Shown here: positions 1-9,408 of the stretch, piece after piece
Layout of the letters: every line of letters begins with the position of its first letter
How positions within the stretch are numbered: position 1 is the stretch's first letter
Assembly (NCBI GenBank): GCA_963727525.1
Contig: CAVSGO010000004.1
Location: 1-64,000, forward strand
Source of the DNA: an uncultured bacterium
Lineage (GTDB): Bacteria > Krumholzibacteriota > Krumholzibacteriia > LZORAL124-64-63
Length of the DNA stretch: 64,000 nt
Direction: 5' to 3'
Position numbers and translations under genes: made by a program
The notes under the pieces: model-generated
Databases searched by the model: none
What the model was told of the DNA's origin: nothing
The model's input: only the letters and a program-made list of their open reading frames with translations

Positions 1-522
1 GCAAACCCGCTCGCCGGCGATCCCGCGGCGCGCTTTGCCTTCCTCGAGGAAGCTGCTGACCTTTCCCGGCGCATCACTGGCGCGACTCGCAAGCTAGGGC
101 TGGCGCGCGAGGAGATCGAACGCATGCGCGTGGCCGCGGCAGCCACCCCGGCGCTGGGCACCAGCGTCACCGATCGCCTCGTGGCGCTCGACGGCGAGTT
201 GCGCGGTCTGAGCATCGCGCTGGGCGGCGACCGCACGGTGGCGCGCCACAACGAGCCCACCCTGCCGGGACTGCGCGAGCGCGTGGGCCAGGTGATGGGG
301 GCCTCGGGTACGACGATGCCGCCCACGGCCACGCAGCAGCGAGAGCTGGCCGACGTGAAGACGCTCTTTGCCGGTGTCGAACCACAACTCGCCCGCGTCG
401 TCGATCAGGATCTGCCGGCGCTGCGGGCGAAGCTCGACGAGGCCGGTGCGCCCTACACCGGCGGTGGCGAGCATCTCGACGGCGATGACGAGGAGGGCGA
501 GGTCGACGGACCCCGGCGATGA
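1..522 (+). CDS. C-terminal part of a probable BNR/VPS10-repeat glycosyl hydrolase-like protein (5' truncated by window)
   Basis: Frame 1 is open from base 1 to TGA at 522. The helical tail '...PPTATQQRELA...LARVVDQDLPALRAKLDEAGAPYTGG' resembles the C-terminus of large BNR-repeat proteins. Confidence 0.55.
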   Translation, partial: ANPLAGDPAARFAFLEEAADLSRRITGATRKLGLAREEIERMRVAAAATPALGTSVTDRLVALDGELRGLSIALGGDRTVARHNEPTLPGLRERVGQVMGASGTTMPPTATQQRELADVKTLFAGVEPQLARVVDQDLPALRAKLDEAGAPYTGGGEHLDGDDEEGEVDGPRR

Positions 523-543
523 CGCGAGCGGATCGGATGCGCG

Positions 544-568
544 CGGGTCCAGGCCTGGCCTGGACCCG
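544..568. terminator. Hairpin between convergent genes, probable bidirectional terminator
   Basis: CGGGTCCAGGC-CTG-GCCTGGACCCG perfect 11-bp stem; weak U tracts. Confidence 0.5.
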
Positions 569-588
569 TCGTGTTTATCGGGTGATCG

Positions 589-3500
589 CTATTTCAACAG
601 CACCATCGTCCGCGTCTCCACGCGTCCGGCGGCCTCGATCCGATACAGGTAGACGCCCGACGCCACCAGCGACCCGCGGTCGTCCCGCCCGCGCCAGACC
701 GTCGTGTGTTCACCCGCCACCAGGTCGCCGTCCACCAGGCTCGCCACCCGATGCCCATGGATGTCGTAAACCGCCAGACGGACGCGCCCGGGCGTGCCGA
801 TGGCGAAGCGGATCGTCGTGGCCGGGTTGAACGGATTCGGGGCGTTCTGGGCCAGCACGACGGGGGCGTGCGGTAGGGGCACGGACGAGGCTTCATCCAC
901 CACCACCGTCACCGGGGCGTTGTGGATGTCGCGGCCGACGAGCACGGTGTCTTGGAGCGCCACGTACTCCGAGAGCGAGATTCGCATCAATTCGCCGGTA
1001 CCCGCGATGCCGGCACCGTCACCGAGCATCGCAAGGGCGATGTCGAGCTGATTGTCGCCCGCGTTCTGCAGGAAGAACGGCGAGGGTTGTCCGTTGAGCA
1101 GTGCACCGGGGGTGACGGTTGCGGTCACACTGTCCGGCAAGGTGAAGCCGATACGCAGGCCCTTGAGATGCGGTGACGGGGTTTGCAGGCTCACGGCCCA
1201 GACCGCAGTGTCGACGCGGCGGAGGGCGATGAGCACGTCCCCGCCGACCGGCGGAGGGGCCACGGGGGCGCCGTAGGTCTGCGCCGCGACCATCACGTCC
1301 TCGAAATCGATTGCGCCGTCGGTGAGAGGAATGCCGCGGCCGGAGGCATTGTCCGTGGGGCCGATGTCGGCGGTCGCATCGAACGTCGAGTCCTCGCGGG
1401 CCAGCCCATAGGCGGCGCTGAGCCTCGCGATGTCGAACACGTTGACATTGCCGTCGAGAGGCGGGGCGATGTCGCCCAGCCGGTAGTCCGTGGCTCGCGG
1501 CGCGTCGGCCGTGCGCGCGCTCCAGTTGCCCGCCGTGTCGCTGACGAAGGCCTCGTAGTAATAGACGCCGCGGTCGGCGAGGGAGTCGGCGTAAGCGTCC
1601 GTCGCGGCGGGGAGCGTGGCCACGAGCGTCCACGCTGGATCCGCCAGGATGGCAACGCGGTCGGCCGGACGCTGTGGCACCGTGCTACCGGGCGCGTCGT
1701 CATAGAGCGGGTACGCGGAGGTGTCGGTCCCGGCGGTCCAGAGCGCGCGCCAGAGTTCGATCGCCTGAGCATCGGGCGATACCCCATCGAACGCCACCGT
1801 GATGAGATCCACGCCCGGCGCGGCCGTCAGGCTGGCGAGGGGGTCCGGCGGGAGATCGTCGATCACCGTGATGGTGACCCGGGCGACGTTGCTCACGGCG
1901 CCGCCGTCGTCGGCGACCGTGTAGAAGAGCGAGTCGACGCCCGCGAACCCGGCCAGCGGGGTGTAGGTCACGGTACCGGCCACCGGGTCCACGAGCGGCG
2001 TGCCGTGCAGGGGCGGCGTGACCACGGTCACCGACGCCGGCACGAGCATGCCGTCCGGGTCGCTGTCGTTGGCCAGCACGGCCACGACGACCGTGGAATC
2101 GGTGGCCACCGTCGCGGTGTCGTCCACGGCGATGGGGGCGTCGTTGACCGCGGCGATGGTCAGGGTCACGAGCGTGGTGTCGGACACGCCCGCCGCCGAT
2201 TCGGCCAGGTACGTGAACGCATCGGTACCGAAGTAGTCGGCGGCCGGCGCGTAGGTGAAGCCGCCATCGGCGGCGAGCGCGAGGTCGCCGTGCGCCGGCA
2301 ACTGCACGGCCACGGCGCTCAGCGGGTCGCCGGTCGGCGACATGTCGTTGGCCAGCACACCGGGCGCCGCCACGATGAGCGTCGAATCCTCGCTCGTGGC
2401 GAAGGTGTCGGCCACGGCGACCGGCCGCAGGTCGACCACGGTGATGGTGACCCGGGCGACATTGCTCACGGCGCCGCCGTCGTCGGCGACCGTGTAGAAG
2501 AGCGAGTCGACGCCCGCGAACCCGGCCAGCGGGGTGTAGGTCACGGTACCGGCCACCGGGTCCACGAGCGGCGTGCCGTGCAGGGGCGGCGTGACCACGG
2601 TCACCGACGCCGGCACGAGCATGCCGTCCGGGTCGCTGTCGTTGGCCAGCACGGCCACGACGACCGTGGAATCGGTGGCCACCGTCGCGGTGTCGTCCAC
2701 GGCGATGGGGGCGTCGTTGACCGCGGCGATGGTCAGGGTCACGAGCGTGGTGTCGGACACGCCCGCCGCCGATTCGGCCAGGTACGTGAACGCATCGGTA
2801 CCGAAGTAGTCGGCGGCCGGCGCGTAGGTGAAGCCGCCATCGGCGGCGAGCGCGAGGTCGCCGTGCGCCGGCAACTGCACGGCCACGGCGCTCAGCGGGT
2901 CGCCGGTCGGCGACATGTCGTTGGCCAGCACACCGGGCGCCGCCACGATGAGCGTCGAATCCTCGCTCGTGGCGAAGGTGTCGGCCACGGCGACCGGCCG
3001 CAGGTCGACCACGGTGATGGTGACCCGGGCGACGTTGCTCACGGCGCCGCCGTCGTCGGCGACCGTGTAGAAGAGCGAGTCGACGCCCGCGAACCCGGCC
3101 AGCGGGGTGTAGGTCACGGTACCGGCCACCGGGTCCACGAGCGGCGTGCCGTGCAGGGGCGGCGTGACCACGGTCACCGACGCCGGCACGAGCATGCCGT
3201 CCGGGTCGCTGTCGTTGGCCAGCACGGCCACGACGACCGTGGAATCGGTGGCCACCGTCGCGGTGTCGTCCACGGCGATGGGGGCGTCGTTGACCGCGGC
3301 GATGGTCAGGGTCACGAGCGTGGTGTCGGACACGCCCGCCGCCGATTCGGCCAGGTACGTGAACGCATCGGTACCGAAGTAGTCGGCGGCCGGCGCGTAG
3401 GTGAAGCCGCCATCGGCGGCGAGCGCGAGGTCGCCGTGCGCCGGCAACTGCACGGCCACGGCGCTCAGCGGGTCGCCGGTCGGCGACATGTCGTTGGCCA

Positions 3501-6500
3501 GCACACCGGGCGCCGCCACGATGAGCGTCGAATCCTCGCTCGTGGCGAAGGTGTCGGCCACGGCGACCGGCCGCAGGTCGACCACGGTGATGGTGACCCG
3601 GGCGACGTTGCTCACGGCGCCGCCGTCGTCGGCGACCGTGTAGAAGAGCGAGTCGACGCCCGCGAACCCGGCCAGCGGGGTGTAGGTCACGGTACCGGCC
3701 ACCGGGTCCACGAGCGGCGTGCCGTGCAGGGGCGGCGTGACCACGGTCACCGACGCCGGCACGAGCATGCCGTCCGGGTCGCTGTCGTTGGCCAGCACGG
3801 CCACGACGACCGTGGAATCGGTGGCCACCGTCGCGGTGTCGTCCACGGCGATTGGGGCGTCGTTGACCGCGGCGATGGTCAGGGTCACGAGCGTGGTGTC
3901 GGACACGCCCGCCGCCGATTCGGCCAGGTACGTGAACGCATCGGTACCGAAGTAGTCGGCGGCCGGCGCGTAGGTGAAGCCGCCATCGGCGGCGAGCGCG
4001 AGGTCGCCGTGCGCCGGCAACTGCACGGCCACGGCGCTCAGCGGGTCGCCGGTCGGCGACATGTCGTTGGCCAGCACACCGGGCGCCGCCACGATGAGCG
4101 TCGAATCCTCGCTCGTGGCGAAGGTGTCGGCCACGGCGACCGGCCGCAGGTCGACCACGGTGATGGTGACCCGGGCGACATTGCTCACGGCGCCGCCGTC
4201 GTCGGCGACCATGTAGAAGAGCGAGTCGACGCCCGCGAACCCGGCCAGCGGGGTGTAGGTCACGGTACCGGCCACCGGGTCCACGAGCGGCGTGCCGTGC
4301 AGGGGCGGCGTGACCACGGTCACCGACGCCGGCACGAGCATGCCGTCCGGGTCGCTGTCGTTGGCCAGCACGGCCACGACGACCGTGGAATCGGTGGCCA
4401 CCGTCGCGGTGTCGTCCACGGCGATTGGGGCGTCGTTGACCGCGGCGATGGTCAGGGTCACGAGCGTGGTGTCGGACACGCCCGCCGCCGATTCGGCCAG
4501 GTACGTGAACGCATCGGTACCGAAGTAGTCGGCGGCCGGCGCGTAGGTGAAGCCGCCATCGGCGGCGAGCGCGAGGTCGCCGTGCGCCGGCAACTGCACG
4601 GCCACGGCGCTCAGCGGGTCGCCGGTCGGCGACATGTCGTTGGCCAGCACACCGGGCGCCGCCACGATGAGCGTCGAATCCTCGCTCGTGGCGAAGGTGT
4701 CGGCCACGGCGACCGGCCGCAGGTCGACCACGGTGATGGTGACCCGGGCGACGTTGCTCACGGCGCCGCCGTCGTCGGCGACCGTGTAGGTGAGCGAATC
4801 CACACCGACGAAGCTGGTTTGCGGGGTATAGATGATCGCACCCGAGAGCGAGTCCACGCCCGTTGTCCCATGCCCCGGCGCCGCAACCACGCTGACCGAC
4901 GCGGGGTCGAGCGTGCCGTCGGTGTCGCTGTCGTTGGCCAGGATATCCACGCTCACCGGAGTGTCGACGGTGGTTGTCGCCGTATCGGGCAACGCGACCG
5001 GTGGCAGGTTGGGCACGACGCTGATGGTCACCAGCGCAGGTGGGGACGTGCCCGCCGCGGACTCGACGTGATAGGTGAAGGTGTCGGTCCCCGCGAAACC
5101 GCCGTTGGGCGCGTAGGTGAACCCGCCATCCACCGCCAGGAGCAGGTCGCCATGGCCGGGCGTGTCGTCGGGCACGGCCGAGAGCGGATCGCCGGTGGGC
5201 GAGTGGTCGTTGGCGAGCACGCCCGGGGCGCCCACCACGAGCGGCGTGCCTTCGTCGACGACGTAGGTGTCGTCGACGGCGATCGGCGTCGTCGTGACGT
5301 CGACGCTGTACAGGTAGAACTTCCCAGCGTCGGTGTAGTCGGGAGTATCGAAGAGGTTCGCGCCGGTGATGAAGTCCGCGCGGCCGTCGCCGTTCTGGTC
5401 ACCGACGATGGCCACCTGTGAGCCGAGGCGGTCGGATTCGAACTCTCCGGTCAGGACGATGTCGGCCAGCGTGTCGGCCGCGCTCGTGCCGGCGGGATCG
5501 CCGCCGAAGAACACGAAGGTGCGGCCGGGACCGAGGCCGGCGTAGTCGGGCGTCGGGGCGCCGATGACGAGATCGTCGAAGCCGTCGCCGTCGAGGTCGC
5601 CGGCTCCGGCGACCGTGCGGCCGAAGATGCCGTAGTCGGTGGTGCCCGTGTAGACAAGGTCGGGCAAGCCATCGGCGGCCGGACCGCCAAAGTAGACGTC
5701 GGCCCGGCCGGCATAGGTGCCGCCGGAGCTGTTGTGCATGTCGCCGATGATCACGTCCGCATATCCGTCGCCGTTCACGTCGCCGGCAGGAGCGAGGCCG
5801 TAGCCGAAGCGGTTGCTGTGGGAGTCGCCCGAGAACACGAGGTCGGCGACGCCGTCGAAATCGGGGCCGCCGTGGAAGAGGAACGCGTGGGTTTGCGTGT
5901 TGCCGCCCACGAGCACGTCGGGCCAGCCATCGGCATCGAAGTCGCCGGCCGCGTTGACGGCCCAGCCGAGGAAACCGTTGGAGGGATCGGCCAGGGTCAC
6001 ATCGGCCGTGCTGTCGAGAGCCGCGCCCCCGAAGTACACGTAAGCGCGGCCGAGCGAGGAGGTATTGCCGGGCGCGCCGATGACGAGGTCGTTGCCGCCG
6101 CCGTTGACGTCGCCCGGGCCGGCCACCGACCAGCCGAGGTTGCCATTGGCGACCGGGCCGGTAAGCACCAGGTCCGCGACATCGTCCATCGTCGGCCCGC
6201 CGAAGTAGACGTAGACGCGGCCGGCGTTGCTGCCGTTGGCGTCGTTCTTGGGTGCACCGGCGACGATGTCGTCCCAGCCGTCCCCGTTGACATCGCCGCA
6301 GCCGCGTACCGATGTGCCGAACGCGTCGCCTGCGACCTCGCCGCTCAGGATGAGATCGGGCGTGTCGCTCAGCGCCGGGCCACCGAAGTAGACCCACGCC
6401 TGGCCCGCACCCACGCCGGCCGTCTGGGCGCCGGGGGCGCCCACCACGAAGTCGCCGATGCCGTCGCCGTTGACGTCGCCCGCGTCGCTCACGAAGAGGC

Positions 6501-6654
6501 CGAGCTGGGCGCTGTGGTTCAGGCCGGTTGGGGTGACGATCGCCGTGGCAGATCCGGCGGCGCTGGCCGGTCCTCCGAAACCGAACCAGCATCCGATGAC
6601 CGCGAACGCGATGGCGCGGCCAGGTGAGAATCGACGCTTGGTTCGAAACGGCAT
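589..6654 (-). CDS. Giant secreted adhesin-like protein: signal peptide, FG-GAP beta-propeller, ~12 Big_9/cadherin-like Ig domains, dockerin-like, cohesin-like, FlgD-Ig/CTD
   Basis: Probable ATG at 6654 (MPFRTKRR + hydrophobic stretch + ASA). Repeated GDVNGDG..D.VVGAP and G.VYVYFGG; 'VLAND.DPDG..P.HG..TYTP..GF.GVDS..YTV.D' Ig repeats; C-terminal NPFNPATTIRF...GVYLYRI...TRTMVLLK. Confidence 0.88.
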   Translation of the reverse strand: MPFRTKRRFSPGRAIAFAVIGCWFGFGGPASAAGSATAIVTPTGLNHSAQLGLFVSDAGDVNGDGIGDFVVGAPGAQTAGVGAGQAWVYFGGPALSDTPDLILSGEVAGDAFGTSVRGCGDVNGDGWDDIVAGAPKNDANGSNAGRVYVYFGGPTMDDVADLVLTGPVANGNLGWSVAGPGDVNGGGNDLVIGAPGNTSSLGRAYVYFGGAALDSTADVTLADPSNGFLGWAVNAAGDFDADGWPDVLVGGNTQTHAFLFHGGPDFDGVADLVFSGDSHSNRFGYGLAPAGDVNGDGYADVIIGDMHNSSGGTYAGRADVYFGGPAADGLPDLVYTGTTDYGIFGRTVAGAGDLDGDGFDDLVIGAPTPDYAGLGPGRTFVFFGGDPAGTSAADTLADIVLTGEFESDRLGSQVAIVGDQNGDGRADFITGANLFDTPDYTDAGKFYLYSVDVTTTPIAVDDTYVVDEGTPLVVGAPGVLANDHSPTGDPLSAVPDDTPGHGDLLLAVDGGFTYAPNGGFAGTDTFTYHVESAAGTSPPALVTISVVPNLPPVALPDTATTTVDTPVSVDILANDSDTDGTLDPASVSVVAAPGHGTTGVDSLSGAIIYTPQTSFVGVDSLTYTVADDGGAVSNVARVTITVVDLRPVAVADTFATSEDSTLIVAAPGVLANDMSPTGDPLSAVAVQLPAHGDLALAADGGFTYAPAADYFGTDAFTYLAESAAGVSDTTLVTLTIAAVNDAPIAVDDTATVATDSTVVVAVLANDSDPDGMLVPASVTVVTPPLHGTPLVDPVAGTVTYTPLAGFAGVDSLFYMVADDGGAVSNVARVTITVVDLRPVAVADTFATSEDSTLIVAAPGVLANDMSPTGDPLSAVAVQLPAHGDLALAADGGFTYAPAADYFGTDAFTYLAESAAGVSDTTLVTLTIAAVNDAPIAVDDTATVATDSTVVVAVLANDSDPDGMLVPASVTVVTPPLHGTPLVDPVAGTVTYTPLAGFAGVDSLFYTVADDGGAVSNVARVTITVVDLRPVAVADTFATSEDSTLIVAAPGVLANDMSPTGDPLSAVAVQLPAHGDLALAADGGFTYAPAADYFGTDAFTYLAESAAGVSDTTLVTLTIAAVNDAPIAVDDTATVATDSTVVVAVLANDSDPDGMLVPASVTVVTPPLHGTPLVDPVAGTVTYTPLAGFAGVDSLFYTVADDGGAVSNVARVTITVVDLRPVAVADTFATSEDSTLIVAAPGVLANDMSPTGDPLSAVAVQLPAHGDLALAADGGFTYAPAADYFGTDAFTYLAESAAGVSDTTLVTLTIAAVNDAPIAVDDTATVATDSTVVVAVLANDSDPDGMLVPASVTVVTPPLHGTPLVDPVAGTVTYTPLAGFAGVDSLFYTVADDGGAVSNVARVTITVVDLRPVAVADTFATSEDSTLIVAAPGVLANDMSPTGDPLSAVAVQLPAHGDLALAADGGFTYAPAADYFGTDAFTYLAESAAGVSDTTLVTLTIAAVNDAPIAVDDTATVATDSTVVVAVLANDSDPDGMLVPASVTVVTPPLHGTPLVDPVAGTVTYTPLAGFAGVDSLFYTVADDGGAVSNVARVTITVIDDLPPDPLASLTAAPGVDLITVAFDGVSPDAQAIELWRALWTAGTDTSAYPLYDDAPGSTVPQRPADRVAILADPAWTLVATLPAATDAYADSLADRGVYYYEAFVSDTAGNWSARTADAPRATDYRLGDIAPPLDGNVNVFDIARLSAAYGLAREDSTFDATADIGPTDNASGRGIPLTDGAIDFEDVMVAAQTYGAPVAPPPVGGDVLIALRRVDTAVWAVSLQTPSPHLKGLRIGFTLPDSVTATVTPGALLNGQPSPFFLQNAGDNQLDIALAMLGDGAGIAGTGELMRISLSEYVALQDTVLVGRDIHNAPVTVVVDEASSVPLPHAPVVLAQNAPNPFNPATTIRFAIGTPGRVRLAVYDIHGHRVASLVDGDLVAGEHTTVWRGRDDRGSLVASGVYLYRIEAAGRVETRTMVLLK
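1868..4789. repeat. Intragenic tandem array: 5 copies plus ~57 bp of a 573-bp (191-aa, two Ig domains) unit, near identical
   Basis: Unit starts at 1868, 2441, 3014, 3587, 4160, 4733; only ~3 variable positions noticed. Confidence 0.97.
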
Positions 6655-6806
6655 GGAAACTCGCTTTGTTGAGAGAAAAAGCCCGGGATCCCCGCCCGGT
6701 GCGGCTTCTTGCGCCACCTAGAGTCTAGAAAGGATTTCGGGTGACTTGCAACAGCGAAACCTGATGGTGGGGAGAGCGCGGATCGGATTCCGGACGTGAG
6801 GCGTTG

Positions 6807-6831
6807 CAAGTGACTGATTATCAATATATTA
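6807..6831. promoter_or_regulatory. IHF-like binding site(s) in AT-rich island upstream of adhesin
   Basis: TATCAATATATTA (6819-6831) matches WATCAANNNNTTR exactly; an adjacent opposite-strand site AATCAGTCACTTG has one mismatch. Confidence 0.5.
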
Positions 6832-6948
6832 GGCACAACAGTCAGTAATTTATATTTATATATTGTGCTAATTTTTCTCATATCATTACTATGCTTCGGC
6901 TTTCCCGGCGCTGCCACACTTCCGCGAGGCCGAGCGGAGCCACCCGAT

Positions 6949-6987
6949 ATCCATCCGTCCAGAGGCAATCCATCCGTCCAGAGGCAA
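6949..6987. repeat. 19-bp direct tandem duplication
   Basis: ATCCATCCGTCCAGAGGCA occurs at 6949 and 6968. Confidence 0.9.
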
Positions 6988-7031
6988 GAACGCGAGTTGC
7001 GTTCACCGCGACTCGCGTTCTTGCGTGTTTT
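6984..7031 (+). terminator. Long hairpin, terminator-like
   Basis: GCAAGAACGCGAGTTGCG-TTCAC-CGCGACTCGCGTTCTTGC followed by GTGTTTT on the + strand. Confidence 0.5.
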
Positions 7032-7097
7032 CGAAGAGATGGACACCCGGGATGGCGTTTCGGTCACATCGGCGGGCCGCTGTGATCCACGCTTTGC

Positions 7098-7997
7098 CTA
7101 TGTCAGGAACAATCCGACGGCCATCAGCACCGGCGTGGCGAGATTCAGCACCACGTTGCGCCCCATGAACGGGATGAGCGCCGGAATATCCTCGGCGTGC
7201 TGCCGGACGCCGCGAAACGTCATGATCGCCACTGGCGCCAGGACGAGCGCGAGTACCGCCCCCGGTGGCAACGCGTGGGTCAGCCAGCCGACCACCGGCG
7301 CCAGGTAGGCTCCGAGCAGGAACAGGCCGTAGACCAGCACGCCCCGCCGGCGATCGCTCGTGATGATCAGGTGACGACGGCCGATCTCTCGATCGGGCTC
7401 TCGATCGGGGAACTGGTTCAGCAGCAGCAGATCGCTCACCAGGAAGAAGGGGGTGAGCGAGGCCACGAAGCCGGTGAGCGAGTACGAGCCAGTGAGGCAG
7501 TATGCGGTGCCCATCACCATGAAGGGCCCGAATCCCAGTCCCGGCGCCAGCAGGCAGAGAAGCCAGTTGCGCGTGATCACCGTGGTGTAGGCCACGATGG
7601 TCACCATGCCCACGATGCCGAGGGGCAGCAGTCCCCAGCCACGCTCCCTGACGAAGTAGAGGCCGATGGCGGCTGCGATCACCAGTGCCACCACACCGGT
7701 CGCGAGCGCATACCGCGCGTGCTCGGGATGGGCCGGCAGCGAGCCGGTACCGCCGCTGAACGGTGTTCTGGTGGTCTTGAAGTCGAGGCCGCTGCGGAAG
7801 TCCTCGAACTCGTTCAGTGCGTTCACGGCGACATGAGTCGCCAGCGCACCGGCCAGCACGAGAAGGAACTGTCCCCAGTCGATGACGTGTCCGGTCCACT
7901 GCGCCACGGCCGCGCCAAGGAGCACGCAGCAAGGCGTGAGCAACAGGAAGTTCGGACGCATGGGCCCGACGAGGGCCACGGTACGGGAACCGGGCAT
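7098..7997 (-). CDS. menA: UbiA-family prenyltransferase, MenA-like (DHNA octaprenyltransferase)
   Basis: MRPNFL, NALNEFEDFRSGLD and NQFPDREPD Asp-rich motifs; multiple TM helices; GGAGG RBS. Confidence 0.7.
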   Translation of the reverse strand: MPGSRTVALVGPMRPNFLLLTPCCVLLGAAVAQWTGHVIDWGQFLLVLAGALATHVAVNALNEFEDFRSGLDFKTTRTPFSGGTGSLPAHPEHARYALATGVVALVIAAAIGLYFVRERGWGLLPLGIVGMVTIVAYTTVITRNWLLCLLAPGLGFGPFMVMGTAYCLTGSYSLTGFVASLTPFFLVSDLLLLNQFPDREPDREIGRRHLIITSDRRRGVLVYGLFLLGAYLAPVVGWLTHALPPGAVLALVLAPVAIMTFRGVRQHAEDIPALIPFMGRNVVLNLATPVLMAVGLFLT

Positions 7998-8067
7998 CAG
8001 GTCAGCCTCCTGTGGTGGGATGACAGGTTGCGATCAGGATGAATCGACTCCGCGATCGGACATCAGA

Positions 8068-9351
8068 TTAGTCGGTCCACCCGGGGCCCGCAAGCCAGGC
8101 GCGCTCGGCCATGGCCCGCGTCCACACCGTTTCCAGGCGGGCGAATACGGCGTGCCACGTGAATGGCTCGAGCACGCCGCTCGCGACCTCCGCCGGTGGG
8201 CGTTCGAGACTGGCGGCGATCGCCGCGGCGAGATCACGGCGCAACTGCGGCAGATCGGCGGCCACGGGCGTGTCGGGCCCGACCAGGCGCGGCAGCGGCA
8301 CGAGCGTGAGGGCGTCTCCGAGCACCGGCGACACATGGTCACGGATTGCATCGAGCGCGGTGGCCACGACGCGGCAACCGCAGGCGCGCGCCTCGATGAG
8401 CACGAGAGGCAGGCCCTCGTAGAACGAGGGCAGCACGAGCGTGTAGCATCGGCGCATGAGCGCCGCGAGCTCCGGTTGTCCCAGGCGACCATGGATCCGC
8501 ACCAGTGGGGCCATGGCGACCATCCGCGCCCGCAATGCCACCGCCGCCTCGCCGGAGCCCTCGCCGGCGACGTGCAGGGTGAGGGTCCGCCCCTGCGCGG
8601 CAAGGGCGGCGACCGCATCCAGGAGCACCGGCAGGCCCTTGGCCGCCGCGAACTTGCCGACGAAGAGGATCTGGCCGGCCCGGTCGGACTCCTCGCGGAC
8701 ATCGTGCGGATGGAAGAGGTCGTCGCGGTAACCGGCGCCGACCACGTGCACGCGCGAGGCGTCCACCGCCAGCGACTGCGCCAGCTCCGCGGCGGCGGTG
8801 TCGTGCAGCACGACGAAGCGATCGTGCCGGCGATTGCCCGCCACCACCTCCTGCGCCAGATGGGGGCAGAGCACGAGCTGACGCAGGCCTGTGGCGTGGC
8901 AGTGCAGCACGCTCGGCACGTCCGGCGCGAGGTCATGCAGCAGCGAAGCCACGAGCCAAAGATGGTTCACGTGGATGATCTGCGGCGCCGCCGCCGCGAT
9001 GAGACGACGCAGGCGCGTGCGCCAGATCGCGCGGTAGCGGTCGAGCTGCTCACGCGTCATGCGCGACCACACGGTGCTCTGATACGGCATCACATCGCTC
9101 ATGCCCGGCACGGGAAACGGCAGGTCGCCTCCACGTCCGAAGGTGATGGCGTGCACCCTTTCGAACGGCAGACCACCGACGCGCGGAATCGGCTGGCCCG
9201 CGGGGATGCCGCAGACGACCCACTGGTCCCAGCCTCGCGCCGCGGCCTCACGCACCAGCGCGTCCACCGTCACGCCGCTACCCGTCAGCTCGGGGCACTG
9301 GCTCAGCACGTGCAACACGCGCGGCGGTGAGGAGATTTCTGCTGGCGTCAT
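8068..9351 (-). CDS. Glycosyltransferase family 4 (GT-B)
   Basis: Start MTPAEISSPPRVLHVL; motifs LFVGKFAAAKG and PSFYEGLPLVLIEARACG. Confidence 0.85.
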   Translation of the reverse strand: MTPAEISSPPRVLHVLSQCPELTGSGVTVDALVREAAARGWDQWVVCGIPAGQPIPRVGGLPFERVHAITFGRGGDLPFPVPGMSDVMPYQSTVWSRMTREQLDRYRAIWRTRLRRLIAAAAPQIIHVNHLWLVASLLHDLAPDVPSVLHCHATGLRQLVLCPHLAQEVVAGNRRHDRFVVLHDTAAAELAQSLAVDASRVHVVGAGYRDDLFHPHDVREESDRAGQILFVGKFAAAKGLPVLLDAVAALAAQGRTLTLHVAGEGSGEAAVALRARMVAMAPLVRIHGRLGQPELAALMRRCYTLVLPSFYEGLPLVLIEARACGCRVVATALDAIRDHVSPVLGDALTLVPLPRLVGPDTPVAADLPQLRRDLAAAIAASLERPPAEVASGVLEPFTWHAVFARLETVWTRAMAERAWLAGPGWTD

Positions 9352-9408
9352 CGCCGAGGCTCCCTGAAGATGCGCAGGAACGCACGAACCTCGCCGGAAG
9401 GTACCCGC

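Noticed and set aside
1868..4789. Array as CRISPR, DGR template/variable repeats or IS copies
   Set aside because: In-frame 573-bp coding units with no spacers; no adenine-specific variation pattern; no RT, cas or transposase in the window.
1183..5421. 1412-aa + strand ORF with repeats
   Set aside because: Antisense shadow of the adhesin, typical of high-GC DNA; Arg/Gly/His-rich and without recognisable motifs.
6655..6900. c-di-GMP riboswitch upstream of the adhesin
   Set aside because: Could not find the class I or class II conserved motifs by eye.
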